Shown: piece after piece, positions 1-12,869 of the stretch
Layout of the letters: the number at the start of each line of letters is the position of its first letter
How positions within the stretch are numbered: position 1 is the first letter of the stretch
DNA from: the human T2T-CHM13v2.0 reference genome, Homo sapiens
Strand: one strand, 5' to 3'
DNA length: 64,000 nucleotides
NCBI RefSeq assembly: GCF_009914755.1
Contig: NC_060936.1
The notes under the pieces: model-generated
Told to the model about the DNA's origin: nothing
The model's input: only the letters and a program-made list of their open reading frames with translations
Databases searched by the model: none
Translations under genes and position numbers: made by a program

Positions 1-112
1 AGTTTTTATACGAAGATGTTTCCTTTTCTACATTTGGTCTCAAAGCGATTGAAATCTCCAACTGGAAACTGCACAAGTAGGGTGTTTCAAATCTGCTCTG
101 TCTAAAGGAAGG

Positions 113-131
113 TTCAACTCTGTGAGTTGAA
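113..131. repeat. Short inverted repeat TTCAACTC-NNN-GAGTTGAA (8-bp arms, 3-nt spacer), representative copy
   Basis: Arms 113-120 and 124-131 are exact reverse complements. It is perfect in A, C and type-1 B dimers, and has one mismatch in D (ttcacctc) and type-2 B (ttcagctc). Confidence 0.9.
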
Positions 132-188
132 TACACATACCACAAATAAGTTACTGAGAATTCTTCTGTCGAACATTACATGAAGAAA

Positions 189-205
189 TCCCGTTTCCAA
201 CGAAG
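189..205 (-). promoter_or_regulatory. CENP-B box (representative copy; recurs about every 340 bp)
   Basis: Plus strand TCCCGTTTCCAACGAAG is the reverse complement of CTTCGTTGGAAACGGGA, matching the established core NTTCGNNNNANNCGGGN. Confidence 0.97.
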
Positions 206-358
206 GCCTCAAGGGGTCCAAATATCCACTTGCAGACATTACAAACAGAGTGTTTCCAAACTGCTCCATCAAAAGAAAGGTTAAACTCTGTGAGCTGAAC
301 ACACACATCAAAGAGAAGTTTCTGTGAATGATTCTGTCTAGATTTTATAAGAAGATGT

Positions 359-377
359 TTCCTTTTCTACCGTAGGC
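359..377 (-). promoter_or_regulatory. pJalpha-type (A-box) motif of the non-CENP-B monomers (representative copy)
   Basis: Plus strand ttccttttctaccgtaggc (minus strand GCCTACGGTAGAAAAGGAA) lies ~170 bp from the CENP-B box at the equivalent monomer position, giving the A/B monomer alternation. Confidence 0.65.
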
Positions 378-3300
378 CTCAAAGCGCTTGAAATCTCCAG
401 CTGCAAATTCCACAAAAAGGGTGTTTAACATCTGCTCTTCTAAAGGAAAGTTCAACTCTATGAGTTGAATACACACAGCACAAAGAAGTTACTGAGACTT
501 CTCCTATCAAACATTATATGAAGAAATCCCGTTTCCAAGGAAGGCCTCAAAGAGGTCCAAATATCTGCTTGCAGACTTTACAGACAGAGTGTTTCCAAAC
601 TGCTCCATCAAAAGAAAGGTTAACCTCCTTGAGTTGAACACACACATCACAAAGTAGTTTCTGTGAATGATTCTGTCTAGTTTTTATACGAAGATGTTTC
701 CTTTTCTACCTTTGGTCTCAAAGCGATTGAAATCTCCACATGGAAACTCCACAAAAAAGAGTGTTTCAAATCTGCTCTTTCTGAAGGAAGGTTCAACTCT
801 GTGAGTTGAATACACACACCACAAATAAGTTACTGAGAATTCTTCTTTGTAACATTATATGAGGAAATCCCGTTTCCAACGAAGGCCTCAAAGAGGTCCA
901 AATATCCACTTGCAGTCTTTACAAAGACAGTGTCTCCAAACTCCTCCATCAAAAGAAAGGTTATACTCTGTGAATTGAACGCACACATCACAAAGTAGTT
1001 TCTGAGAATGATTCTGTCTAGTTTTTATACGAAGATATTTCCTTTTCTACATTTGGCATAAAAGCGCTTGAAATCTCCACCTGCAAATATCACAAAAAGA
1101 GGGTTTCACACCTGCTCTGTCTAAAGGACAGTTCACCTCTGTGAGTTGAATAGAGGCAACACAAAGAACTTACTCAGTATTCTTCTTTCTAGCGTTCTAT
1201 GAAGAAATCCCGTTTCCAACGAAGGCCTCAAAGAGGTCCAAATATCTGCTTGCAGACTTTACAGACAGAGTGTTTCCAAACTACTCTATGAAAAGAAAGC
1301 TTAAACTCCTTGAGTTGAACGCACGCATCACAAAGTAGTTTCTGAGAATGATTCTGTCTAGTTTTTATACGAAGATGTTTCCTTTTCTACATTTGGTCTC
1401 AAAGCGATTGAAATCTCCAACTGGAAACTGCACAAATAGGGAGTTTCAAATCTGATCTGTCTAAAGGAAGGGTCAACTCTGTGAGTTGAATACACACACC
1501 ACAAATAAGTTACTGAGAATTCTTCTGTCGAACATTACATGAAGAAATCCCGTTTCCAACGAAGGCCTCAAACAGGTCCAAATATCCACTTGCAGACATT
1601 ACAGAGTGTTTCCAAACTGCTCCATCAAAAGAAAGGTTAAACTCTGTGAGCTGAACACACACATCAAAAAGAAGTTTCTGTGAATGATTCTGTCTAGATT
1701 TTATAAAAAGATGTTTCCTTTTCTACCGTAGGCCGCAAAGCGCTTGAAATCTCCAGCTGCAAATTCCACAAAAAGGGTGTTTAACATCTGCTCTTCTAAA
1801 GGAAAGTTCAACTCTATGAGTTGAATACACACAGCACAAAGAAGTTACTGAGACTTCTCCTATCAAACATTATATGAAGAAATCCCGTTTCCAACGAAGG
1901 CCTCAAAGAGGTCCAAATATCTGCTTGCAGACTTTACAGACAGAGTGTTTCCAAACTGCTCCATCAAAAGAAAGGTTAAACTCCTTGAGTTGAACACACA
2001 CATCACAAAGTAGTTTCTGTGAATGATTCTGTCTAGTTTTTATACGAAGATGTTTCCTTTTCTACCTTTGGTCTCAAAGCGATTGAAATCTCCACATGGA
2101 AACTCCACAAAAAGAGTGTTTCAAATCTGCTCTTTCTGAAGGAAGGTTCAACTCTGTGAGTTGAATACACACACCAGAAATAAGTTACTGAGAATTCTTC
2201 TGTGTAACATTATATGAGGAAATCCCGTTTCCAACGAAGGCCTCAAAGAGGTCCAAATATCCACTTGCAGACTTTACAAAGACAGTGTCTCCAAACTCCT
2301 CCATCAAAAGAAAGGTTATACTCTGTGAATTGAACGCACACATCACAAAGTAGTTTCTGAGAATGATTCTGTCTAGTTTTTATACGAAGATATTTCCTTT
2401 TCTACATTTGGCCTAAAAGCGCTTGAAATCTCCACCTGCAAATATCACAAAAAGTGGGTTTCACATCTGCTCTGTCTAAAGGACAGTTCACCTCTGTGAG
2501 TTGAATAGAGGCAACACAAAGAACTTACTCAGTATTCTTCTTTCTAGCGTTCTATGTAGAAATCCCGTTTCCAACGAAGGCCTCAAAGAGGTCCAAATAT
2601 CTGCTTGCAGACTTTACAGACAGAGTGTTTGCAAACTACTCTATGAAAACAAAGCTTAAACTCCTTGAGTTGAACGCACACATCACAAAGTAGTTTCTGA
2701 GAACGATTCTGTCTAGTTTTTATACGAAGATATTTCCTTTTCTACGTTTGGCCTAAAAGCGCTTGAAATCTCCACCTGCAAATATCACAAAAAGAGGGTT
2801 TCACATCTGTTCTGTCTAAAGGACTGTTCACCTCTGTGAGTTGAATAGAGGCAACACAAAGAACTTACTCAGTATTCTTCTTTCTAGCGCTATATGAAAA
2901 CGTGACAACGAAGGCCTCAAAGAGGTGCAAATATCTGCTTGCAGACTTACAGATAGAGTGTTTCCAAACTACTCTATGAAAACAAAGCTTAAACTCCTTG
3001 AGTTGAACGCACACGTCACAAAGTAGTTTCTGAGAATGATTCTGTCTTGTTTTTATACGAAGATATTTCCGTTTCTATGATTGGCCTCAAAGCGATTGAA
3101 ATCTCCAACTGGAAACTGCACAAATAGGGTGTTTCAAATCTGCTCTGTCTAAAGGAAGGTTCAACTCTGTGAGTTGAATACACACACCACAAATAAGTTA
3201 CTGAGAATTCTTCTGACGAACATTACATGAAGAAATCCCGTTTCCAACGAAGGCCTCAAAGAGTTCCAAATATCCACTTGCAGACATTACAAACAGAGTG

Positions 3301-6300
3301 TTTCCAAACTGCTCCATCAAAATAATGGTTAAACTCTGTGAGCTGAACACACACATCAAAAAGAAGTTTCTGTGAATGATTCTGTCTAGATTTTATAAGA
3401 AGATGTTTCCTTTTCTACCGTAGGCCTCAAAGCGCTTGAAATCTCCAGCAGCAAATTCCACAAAAAGGGTGTTTAACATCTGCTCTTCTAAAGGAAAGTT
3501 CAACTCTAGGAGTTGAATACACACAGCACAAAGAAGTTACTGAGACTTCTCCTATCAAACATAATATGAAGAAATCCCGTTTCTAACGAAGGCCTCAAAG
3601 AGGTCCAAATATCCGCTTGCAGACGTGAAAAACAGAGTGTTTCCAAACTGCTCCATCAAAAGAAAGGTTAAACTCTGTGTGTTGAACACACACATCACAA
3701 AGTAGTTTCTGTGAATGATTCTGTCTAGTTTTTATACGAAGATGTTTCCTTTTCTACCTTTGGTCTCAAAGCGATTGAAATCTCCACATGGAAACTCCAC
3801 AAAAAGAGTGTTTCAAATCTGCTCTTTCTGAAGGAAGGTTCAACTCTGTGAGTTGAATACACACACCACAAATAAGTTACTGAGAATTCTTCTGTGTAAC
3901 ATTATATGAGGAAATCCCGTTTCCAACGAAGGCCTCAAAGAGGTCCAAATATCCACTTGCAGACTTTACAAAGACAGTGTCTCCAAACTCCTCCATCAAA
4001 AGAAAGCTTATACTCTGTGAATTGAACGCACACATCACAAAGTAGTTTCTGAGAATGATTCTGTCTAGTTTTTATACGAAGATATTTCCTTTTCTACGTT
4101 TGGCCTAAAAGCGCTTGAAATCTCCACCTGCAAATATCACAAAAAGAGGGTTTCACATCTGCTCTGTCTAAAGGACTGTTCACCTCTGTGAGTTGAATAG
4201 AGGCAACACAAAGAACTTACTCAGTATTCTTCTTTCTAGCGCTATATGAAAACGTGACAACGAAGGCCTCAAAGAGGTGCAAATATCTGCTTGTAGACTT
4301 ACAGACAGAGTGTTTCCAAACTACTCTATGAAAAGAAAGCTTAAAGTCCTTGAGTTGAACGCACACATCACAAAATAGTTTCTGAGAATGATTCTGTCTT
4401 GTTTTTATACGAAGATATTTCCGTTTCTATGATTGGCCTCAAAGCGATTGAAATCTCCAACTGGAAACTGCACAAATAGGGTGTTTCAAATCTGCTCTGT
4501 CTAAAGGAAGGTTCAACTCTGTGAGTTGAATACACACACCACAAATAAGTTACTGAGAATTCTTCTGTCGCACATTACATGAAGAAATCCCGTTTCCAAC
4601 GAAGGCCTCAAAGAGGTCCAAATATCCACTTGCAGACATTACAAACAGAGTGTTTCCAAACTGCTCCATCAAAGGAAAGGTTAAACTCTGTGAGCTGAAC
4701 ACACACATCAAAAAGAAGTTTCTGTGAATGATTCTGTCTAGATTTTATAAGAAGATGTTTCCTTTTCTACCGTAGGCCTCACAGCGCTTGAAACCTCCAG
4801 CTGCAAATTCCACAAAAAGGGTGTTTAACATCTGCTCTTCTAAAGGAAAGTTCAACTCTATGAGTTGAATACACACAGCACAAAGAAGTTACTGAGACTT
4901 GTCCTATCAAACATTATATGAAGAAATCCCGTTTCCAACGAAGGCCTCAAAGAGGTCCAAATATCTGCTTGCAGACTTTACAGACAGAGTGTTTCCAAAC
5001 TGCTCCATCAAAAGAAAGGTTAAACTCCTTGAGTTGAACACACACATCACAAAGTAGTTTCTGTGAATGATTCTGTCTAGTTTTTATACGAAGATGTTTC
5101 CTTTTCTACCTTTGGTCTCAAAGCGATTGAAATCTCCACATGGAAACTCCACAAAAAGAGTGTTTCAAATCTGCTCTTTCTGAAGGAAGGTTCAACTCTG
5201 TGAGTTGAATAGAGGCAACACAAAGAACTTACTCAGTATTCTTCTTTCTAGCGTTATATGAAAACGTGACAACGAAGGCCTCAAAGAGGTGCAAATATCT
5301 GCTTGCAGACTTACAGACAGAGTGTTTCCAAACTACTCTATGAAAACAAAGCTTAAACTCCTTGAGTTGAACGCACACATCACAAAGTAGTTTCTGAGAA
5401 TGATTCTGTCTTGTTTTTATACGAAGATATTTCCGTTTCTATGATTGGCCTCAAAGCGATTGAAATCTCCAACTGGAAACTGCACAAATAGGGTGTTTCA
5501 AATCTGCTCTGTCTAAAGGAAGGTTCAACTCTGTGAGTTGAATACACACACCACAAATAAGTTACTGAGAATTCTTCTGTCGAACATTACATAAAGAAAT
5601 CCCGTTTCCAACGAAGGCCTCAAAGAGGTCCAAATATCCACTTGCAGACATTACAAACAGAGTGTTTCCAAACTGCTCCATCAAAAGAAATGTTAAACTC
5701 TGTGAGCTGAACACTCACATCAAAAAGAAGTTTCCGTGAATGATTATGTCTAGATTTTATAAGAAGATGTTTCCTTTTCTACCGTAGGCCTCAAAGCGCT
5801 TGAAATCTCCAGCTGCAAATTCCACAAAAAGGGTGTTTAACATCTGCTCTTCTAAAGGAAAGTTCAACTCTATGAGTTGAATACACACAGCACAAAGAAG
5901 TTACTGAGACTTCTCCTATCAAACATAATATGAAGAAATCCCGTTTCTAACGAAGGCCTCAAAGAAGTCCAAATATCCGCTTGCAGACGTGAAAAACAGA
6001 GTGTTTCCAAACTGCTCCATCAAAAGAAAGTTTAAACTCTGTGTGTTGAACACACACATCACAAAGTAGTTTCTGTGAATGATTCTGTCTAGTTTTTATA
6101 CGAAGATGTTTCCTTTTCTACCTTTGGTCTCAAAGCGATTGAAATCTCCACATGGAAACTCCACAAAAAGAGTGTTTCAAATCTGCTCTTTCTGAAGGAA
6201 GGTTCAACTCTGTGAGTTGAATACACACACCACAAATAAGTTACTGAGAATTCTTCTGTGTAACATTATATGAGGAAATCCCGTTTCCAACGAAGGCCTC

Positions 6301-9300
6301 AAAGAGGTCCAAATATCCACTTGCAGACTTTACAAAGACAGTGTCTCCAAACTCCTCCATCAAAAGAAAGGTTATACTCTGTGAATTGAACACACACATC
6401 ACAAAGTAGTTTCTGAGAATGATTCTGTCTAGTTTTTATACGAAGATATTTCCTTTTCTACATTTGGCCTAAAAGCGCTTGAAATCTCCACCTGCAAATA
6501 TCACAAAAAGAGGGTTTCACATCTGCTCTGTCTAAAGGACAGTTCACCTCTGTGAGTTGAATAGAGGCAACACAAAGAACTTACTCAGTATTCTTCTTTC
6601 TAGCGTTCTATGAAGAAATCCCGTTTCCAACGAAGGCCTCAAAGAGGTCCAAATATCTGCTTGCAGACTTTACAGACAGAGTGTTTCCAAACTACTCTAT
6701 GAAAAGAAAGCTTAAACTACTTGAGTTGAGCGCACACATCACAAAGTAGTTTCTGAGAATGATTCTGTCTTGTTTTTATAAGAAGATATTTCCGTTTCTA
6801 TGATTGGCCTCAAAGCGATTGAAATCTGCAAGTGGAAACTGCACAAATAGGGTGTTTCAAATCTGCTCTGTCTAAAGGAAGGTTCAACTCTGTGAGTTGA
6901 ATACACACACCACAAATAAGTTACTGAGAATTCTTCTGTGGAACATTACATGAAGAAATCCCGTTTCCAACGAAGGCCTCAAACAGGTCCAAATATCCAC
7001 TTGCAGACATTACAAACAGAGTGTTTCCAAACTGCTCCATCAAAAGAAAGGTTAAACTCTGTGAGCTGAACACACACATCAAAAAGAAGTTTCTGTGAAT
7101 GATTCTGTCTAGATTTTATAAGAAGATGTTTCCTTTTCTACCGTAGGCCTCGAAGTGCTTGAAATCTCCAGCTGTAAATTCCACAAAAAGGGTGTTTAAC
7201 ATCTGCTCTTCTAAAGGAGAGTTCAACTCTATGAGTTGAATACAGACAGCACAAAGAAGTTACTGAGACTTCTCCTATCAAACATTATATGAAGAAATCC
7301 CGTTTCCAACGAAGGCCTCAAAGAGGTCCAAATATCTGCTTGCAGACTTTACAGACAGAGTGTTTCCAAACTGCTCCATCAAAAGAAAGGTTAAACTCCT
7401 TGAGTTGAACACACACATCACAAAGTAGTTTCCGTGAATGATTCTGTCTAGTTTTTATACGAAGATGTTCCCTTTTCTACCTTTGGTCTCAAAGCGATTG
7501 AAATCTCCACATGGAAACTCCACAAAAAGAGTGTTTCAAATCTGCTCTGTCTAAAGGAAGGTTCAACTCTGTGAGTTGAATACACACACCACAAATAAGT
7601 TACTGAGAATTCTTCTGTGTAACATTATATGAGGAAATCCCGTTTCCAACGAAGGCCTCAAAGAGGTCCAAATATCCAATTGCAGTCTTTAGAAGACAGT
7701 GTCTCCAAACTCCTCCATCAAAAGAAAGGTTATACTGTGTGAATTGAACGCACACATCACAAAGTAGTTTCTGAGAATGATTCTGTCTAGTTTTTATACG
7801 AAGATATTTCCTTTTCTACATTTGGCCTAAAAGCGCTTGAAATCTCCACCTGCAAATATCACAAAAAGAGGGTTTCACATCTGCTCTGTCTAAAGGACAG
7901 TTCACCTCTGTGAGTTGAATAGAGGCAACACAAAGAACTTACTCAGTATTCTTCTTTCTAGCGTTCTATGAAGAAATCCCGTTTCCAACGAAGGCCTCAA
8001 AGAGGTCCAAATATCTGCTTGCAGACTTTACAGGCAGAGTGTTTCCAAACTACTCTATGAAAAGAAAGCTTAAACTCCTTGAGTTGAACGCACACATCAC
8101 AAAGTAGTTTCTGAGAATGATTCTGTCTAGTTTTTATACGAAGATGTTTCCTTTTCTACATTTGGTCTCAAAGCGATTGAAATCTCCAACTGGAAACTGC
8201 ACAAATAGGGAGTTTCAAATCTGATCTGTCTAAAGGAAGGGTCAACTCTGTGAGTTGAATACACACACCACAAATAAGTTACTGAGAATTCTTCTGTCGA
8301 ACATTACATGAAGAAATCCCGTTTCCAACGAAGGCCTCAAAGAGGTCCAAATATCCACTTGCAGACATTACAGAGTGTTTCCAAACTGCTCCATCAAAAG
8401 AAAGGTTAAACTCTGTGAGCTGAACACACACATCAAAAAGAAGTTTCTTTGAATGATTTTGTCTAGATTTTATAAGAAGATGTTTCCTTTTCTACCGTAG
8501 GCCTCAAAGCGCTTGAAATCTCCAGCTGCAAATTCCACAAAAAGGGTGTTTAACATCTGCTCTTCTAAAGGAAAGTTCAACTCTATGAGTTGAATACACA
8601 CAGCACAAAGAAGTTACTGAGAATTCTCCTATCAAACATTATATAAAGAAATCCCGTTTCCAACGAAGGCCTCAAAGAGGTCCAAATATCTGCTTGCAGA
8701 CTTTACAGACAGAGTGTTTCCAAACTGCTGCATCAAAAGAAAGGTTAACCTCCTTGAGTTGAACACACACATCACAAAGTAGTTTCTGTGAATGATTCCG
8801 TCTAGTTTTTATACGAAGATGTTTCCTTTTCTACCTTTGGTCTCAAAGCGATTGAAATCTCCACATGGAAACTCCACAAAAAAGAGTGTTTCAAATCTGG
8901 TCTTTCTGAAGGAAGGTTCAAATCTGTGAGTTGAATACACACACCAGAAATAAGTTACTGAGAATTCTTCTGTGTAACATTACATGAGGAAATCCCGTTT
9001 CCAACGAAGGCCTCAAAGAGGTCCAAATATCCAATTGCAGTCTTTACAAAGACAGTGTCTCCAAACTTCTCCATCAAAAGAAAGGTTTTACTCTGTGAAT
9101 TGAACGCACACATCACAAAGTAGTTTCTGAGAATGATTCTGTCTAGTTTTTATACAAAGATATTTCCTTTTCTACATTTGGCCTAAAAGCGCTTGAAATC
9201 TCCACCTGCAAATATCACAAAAAGAGGGTTTCACATCTGCTCTGTCTAAAGGACAGTTCACCTCTGTGAGTTGAATAGAGGCAACACAAAGAAGTTACTG

Positions 9301-12300
9301 AGTATTCTTCTATCTAGCGTTGTATGAAGATATCCCATTTCCAACGAAGGCCTCAAAGAGGTCCAAATATCTGCTTGCAGACTTTACAGAGTGTTTCCAA
9401 ACTGCTGCATCAAAAGAAAGGTTAACCTCCTTGAGTTGAACACACACATCACAAAGTAGTTTCTGTGAATGATTCTGTCTAGTTTTTATACGAAGATGTT
9501 TCCTTTTCTACCTTTGGTCTCAAAGCAATTGAAATCTCCACATGGAAACTCCACAAAAAGCGTGTTTCAAATCTGCTCTTTCTGAAGGAAGGTTCAACTC
9601 TGTGAGTTGAATACACACACCACAAATAAGTTACTGAGAATTCTTCTGTGTAACATTATATGAGGAAATCCCGTTTCCAACGAAGGCCTCAAAGAGGTCC
9701 AAATATCCACTTGCAGACTTTAAAAAGACAGTGTCTCCAAACTCCTCCATCAAAAGAAAGGTTATACTCTGTGAATTGAACGCACACATCACAAAGTAGT
9801 TTCTGAGAATGATTCTGTCTAGTTTTTATACGAAGATATTTCCTTTTCTACATTTGGCCTAAAAGCGCTTGAAATCTCCACCTGGAAATATCACAAAAAG
9901 AGGGTTTCACATCTGCTCTGTCTAAAGGACAGTTCACCTCTGTGAGTTGAATAGAGGCAACACAAAGAACTTACTCAGTATTCTTCTTTCTAGCGTTATA
10001 TGAAGAAATCCCGTTTACAACGAAGGCCTCAAAGAGGTCCAAATATCTGCTTGCAGACTTTACAGACAGAGTGTTTCCAAACTACTCTATGAAAAGAAAG
10101 CTTAAACTCCTTGAGTTGAACGCACACATCACAAAGTAGTTTCTGAGAATGATTCTGTCTAGTTTTTATACGAATATGTTTCCTTTTCTACATTTGGTCT
10201 CAAAGCGATTGAAATCTCCAACTGGAAACTGCACAAATAGGGAGTTTCAAATCTGATCTGTCTAAAGGAAGGGTCAACTCTGTGAGTTGAATACACACAC
10301 CACAAATAAGTTACTGAGAATTCTTCTGTCGAACATTACTTGAAGAAATCCCGTTTCCAACGAAGGCCTCAAAGAGGTCCAAATATCCACTTGCAGACAT
10401 TACAGAGTGTTTCCAAACTGCTCCATCAAAAGAAAGGTTAAACTCTGTGAGCTGAACACACACATCAAAAAGAAGTTTCTGTGAATGATTCTGTCTAGAT
10501 TTTATAAAAAGATGTTTCCTTTTCTACCGTAGGCCTCAAAGCGCTTGAAATCTCCAGCTGCAAATTCCACAAAAAGGGTGTTTAACATCTGCTCTTCTAA
10601 AGGAAAGTTCAACTCTATGAGTTGAATACACACAGCACAAAGAAGTTACTGAGACTTCTCCTATCAAACATTATATGAAGAAATCCCGTTTCCAACGAAG
10701 GCCTCAAAGAGGTCCAAATATCTGCTTGCAGACTTTACAGACAGAGTGTTTCCAAACTGCTCCATCAAAAGAAAGGTTAAACTCCTTGAGTTGAACACAC
10801 ACATCACAAAGTAGTTTCTGTGAATGATTCTGTCTAGTTTTTATACGAAGATGTTTCCTTTTCTACCTTTGGTCTCAAAGCGATTGAAATCTCCACATGG
10901 AAACTCCACAAAAAGAGTGTTTCAAATCTGCTCTTTCTGAAGGAAGGTTCAACTCTGTGAGTTGAATACACACACCACAAATAAGTTACTGAGAATTCTT
11001 CTGTGTAACATTATATGAGGAAATCCCGTTTCCAACGAAGGCCTCAAAGAGGTCCAAATATCCCTTGCAGACTTAACAAAGACAGTGTCTCCAAACTCCT
11101 CCATCAAAAGAAAGGTTATACTCTGTGAATTGAACGCACACATCACAAAGTAGTTTCTGAGAATGATTCTGTCTAGTTTTTATACGAAGATATTTCCTTT
11201 TCTACATTTGGCCTAAAAGCGCTTGAAATCTCCACCTGCAAATATCACAAAAAGAGGGTTTCACATCTGCTCTGTCTAAAGGACAGTTCACCTCTGTGAG
11301 TTGAATAGAGGCAACACAAAGAACTTACTCAGTATTCTTCTTTCTAGCATTCTATGAAGAAATCCCGTTTCCAACGAAGGCCTCAAAGAGGTACAAATAT
11401 CTGGTTGCAGACTTTACAGACAGAGTGTTTCCAAACTACTCTATGAAAAGAAAGCTTAAACTCCTTGAGTTGAACGCACACATCACAAAGTAGTTTCTGA
11501 GAATGATTCTGTCTAGTTTTTATACGAAGATGTTTCCTTTTCTACATTTGGTCTCAAAGCGATTGAAATCTCCAACTGGAAACTGCACAAATAGGGAGTT
11601 TCAAATCTTATCTGTCTAAAGGAAGGGTCAACTCTGTGAGTTGAATACACACACCACAAATAAGTTACTGAGAATTCTTCTGTCGAACATTACATGAAGA
11701 AATCCCGTTTCCAACGAAGGCCTCAAAGAGGTCCAAATATGCACTTGCAGACATTACAGAGTGTTTCCAAACTGCTCCATCAAAAGAAAGGTTAAACTCT
11801 GTGAGCTGAACACACACATCAAAAAGAAGTTTCTGTGAATGATTCTGTCTAGATTTTATAAAAAGATGTTTCCTTTTCTACCGTAGGCCGCAAAGCGCTT
11901 GAAATCTCCAGCTGCAAATTCCACAAAAAGGGTGTTTAACATCTGCTCTTCTAAAGGAAAGTTCAACTCTATGAGTTGAATACACACAGCACAAAGAAGT
12001 TACTGAGACTTCTCCTATCAAACATTATATGAAGAAATCCCGTTTCCAACGAAGGCCTCAAAGAGGTCCAAATATCTGCTTGCAGACTTTACAGACAGAG
12101 TGTTTCCAAACTGCTCCATCAAAAGAAAGGTTAAACTCCTTGAGTTGAACACACACATCACAAAGTAGTTTCTGTGAATGATTCTGTCTAGTTTTTATAC
12201 GAAGATGTTTCCTTTTCTACCTTTGGTCTCAAAGCGATTGAAATCTCCACATGGAAACTCCACAAAAAGAGTGTTTCAAATCTGCTCTTTCTGAAGGAAG

Positions 12301-12869
12301 GTTCAACTCTGTGAGTTGAATACACACACCAGAAATAAGTTACTGAGAATTCTTCTGTGTAACATTATATGAGGAAATCCCGTTTCCAACGAAGGCCTCA
12401 AAGAGGTCCAAATATCCACTTGCAGACTTTACAAAGACAGTGTCTCCAAACTCCTCCATCAAAAGAAAGGTTATACTCTGTGAATTGAACGCACACATCA
12501 CAAAGTAGTTTCTGAGAATGATTCTGTCTAGTTTTTATACGAAGATATTTCCTTTTCTACATTTGGCCTAAAAGCGCTTGAAATCTCCACCTGCAAATAT
12601 CACAAAAAGTGGGTTTCACATCTGCTCTGTCTAAAGGACAGTTCACCTCTGTGAGTTGAATAGAGGCAACACAAAGAACTTACTCAGTATTCTTCTTTCT
12701 AGCGTTCTATGAAGAAATCCCGTTTCCAACGAAGGCCTCAAAGAGGTCCAAATATCTGCTTGCAGACTTTACAGACAGAGTGTTTCCAAACTACTCTATG
12801 AAAAGAAAGCTTAAACTCCTTGAGTTGAAGGCACACATCACAAAGTAGTTTCTGAGAATGATTCTGTCT

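Larger units (their letters stand above)
1..1359 (-). repeat. One canonical 8-mer HOR unit (dimers A 1-339, B 340-678, C 679-1019, D 1020-1359)
   Basis: Diagnostic words: A ctccaactgg / ctgtcgaacattac; B ctccagctgc / ctcctatcaaac; C ctccacatgg / aagacagtgtctcc; D ctccacctgc / gaggcaacac / ctactctatg. The next A-type dimer starts at 1360. Confidence 0.93.

Noticed and set aside
299-307. Short (CA)n runs and A/T tracts as microsatellites, promoters or terminators
   Set aside because: They are fixed parts of the monomer consensus, show no expansion and have no associated transcription unit.
3543-3560. Boxes with tttctaacg (~3581, 5944, 17461, 58530) or cccgcttcc (~27624, 40865) as inactivated CENP-B boxes
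   Set aside because: These changes fall at non-essential N positions of the NTTCGNNNNANNCGGGN core, so they were not counted as broken. The coordinates given mark only the dimer region next to the first example.
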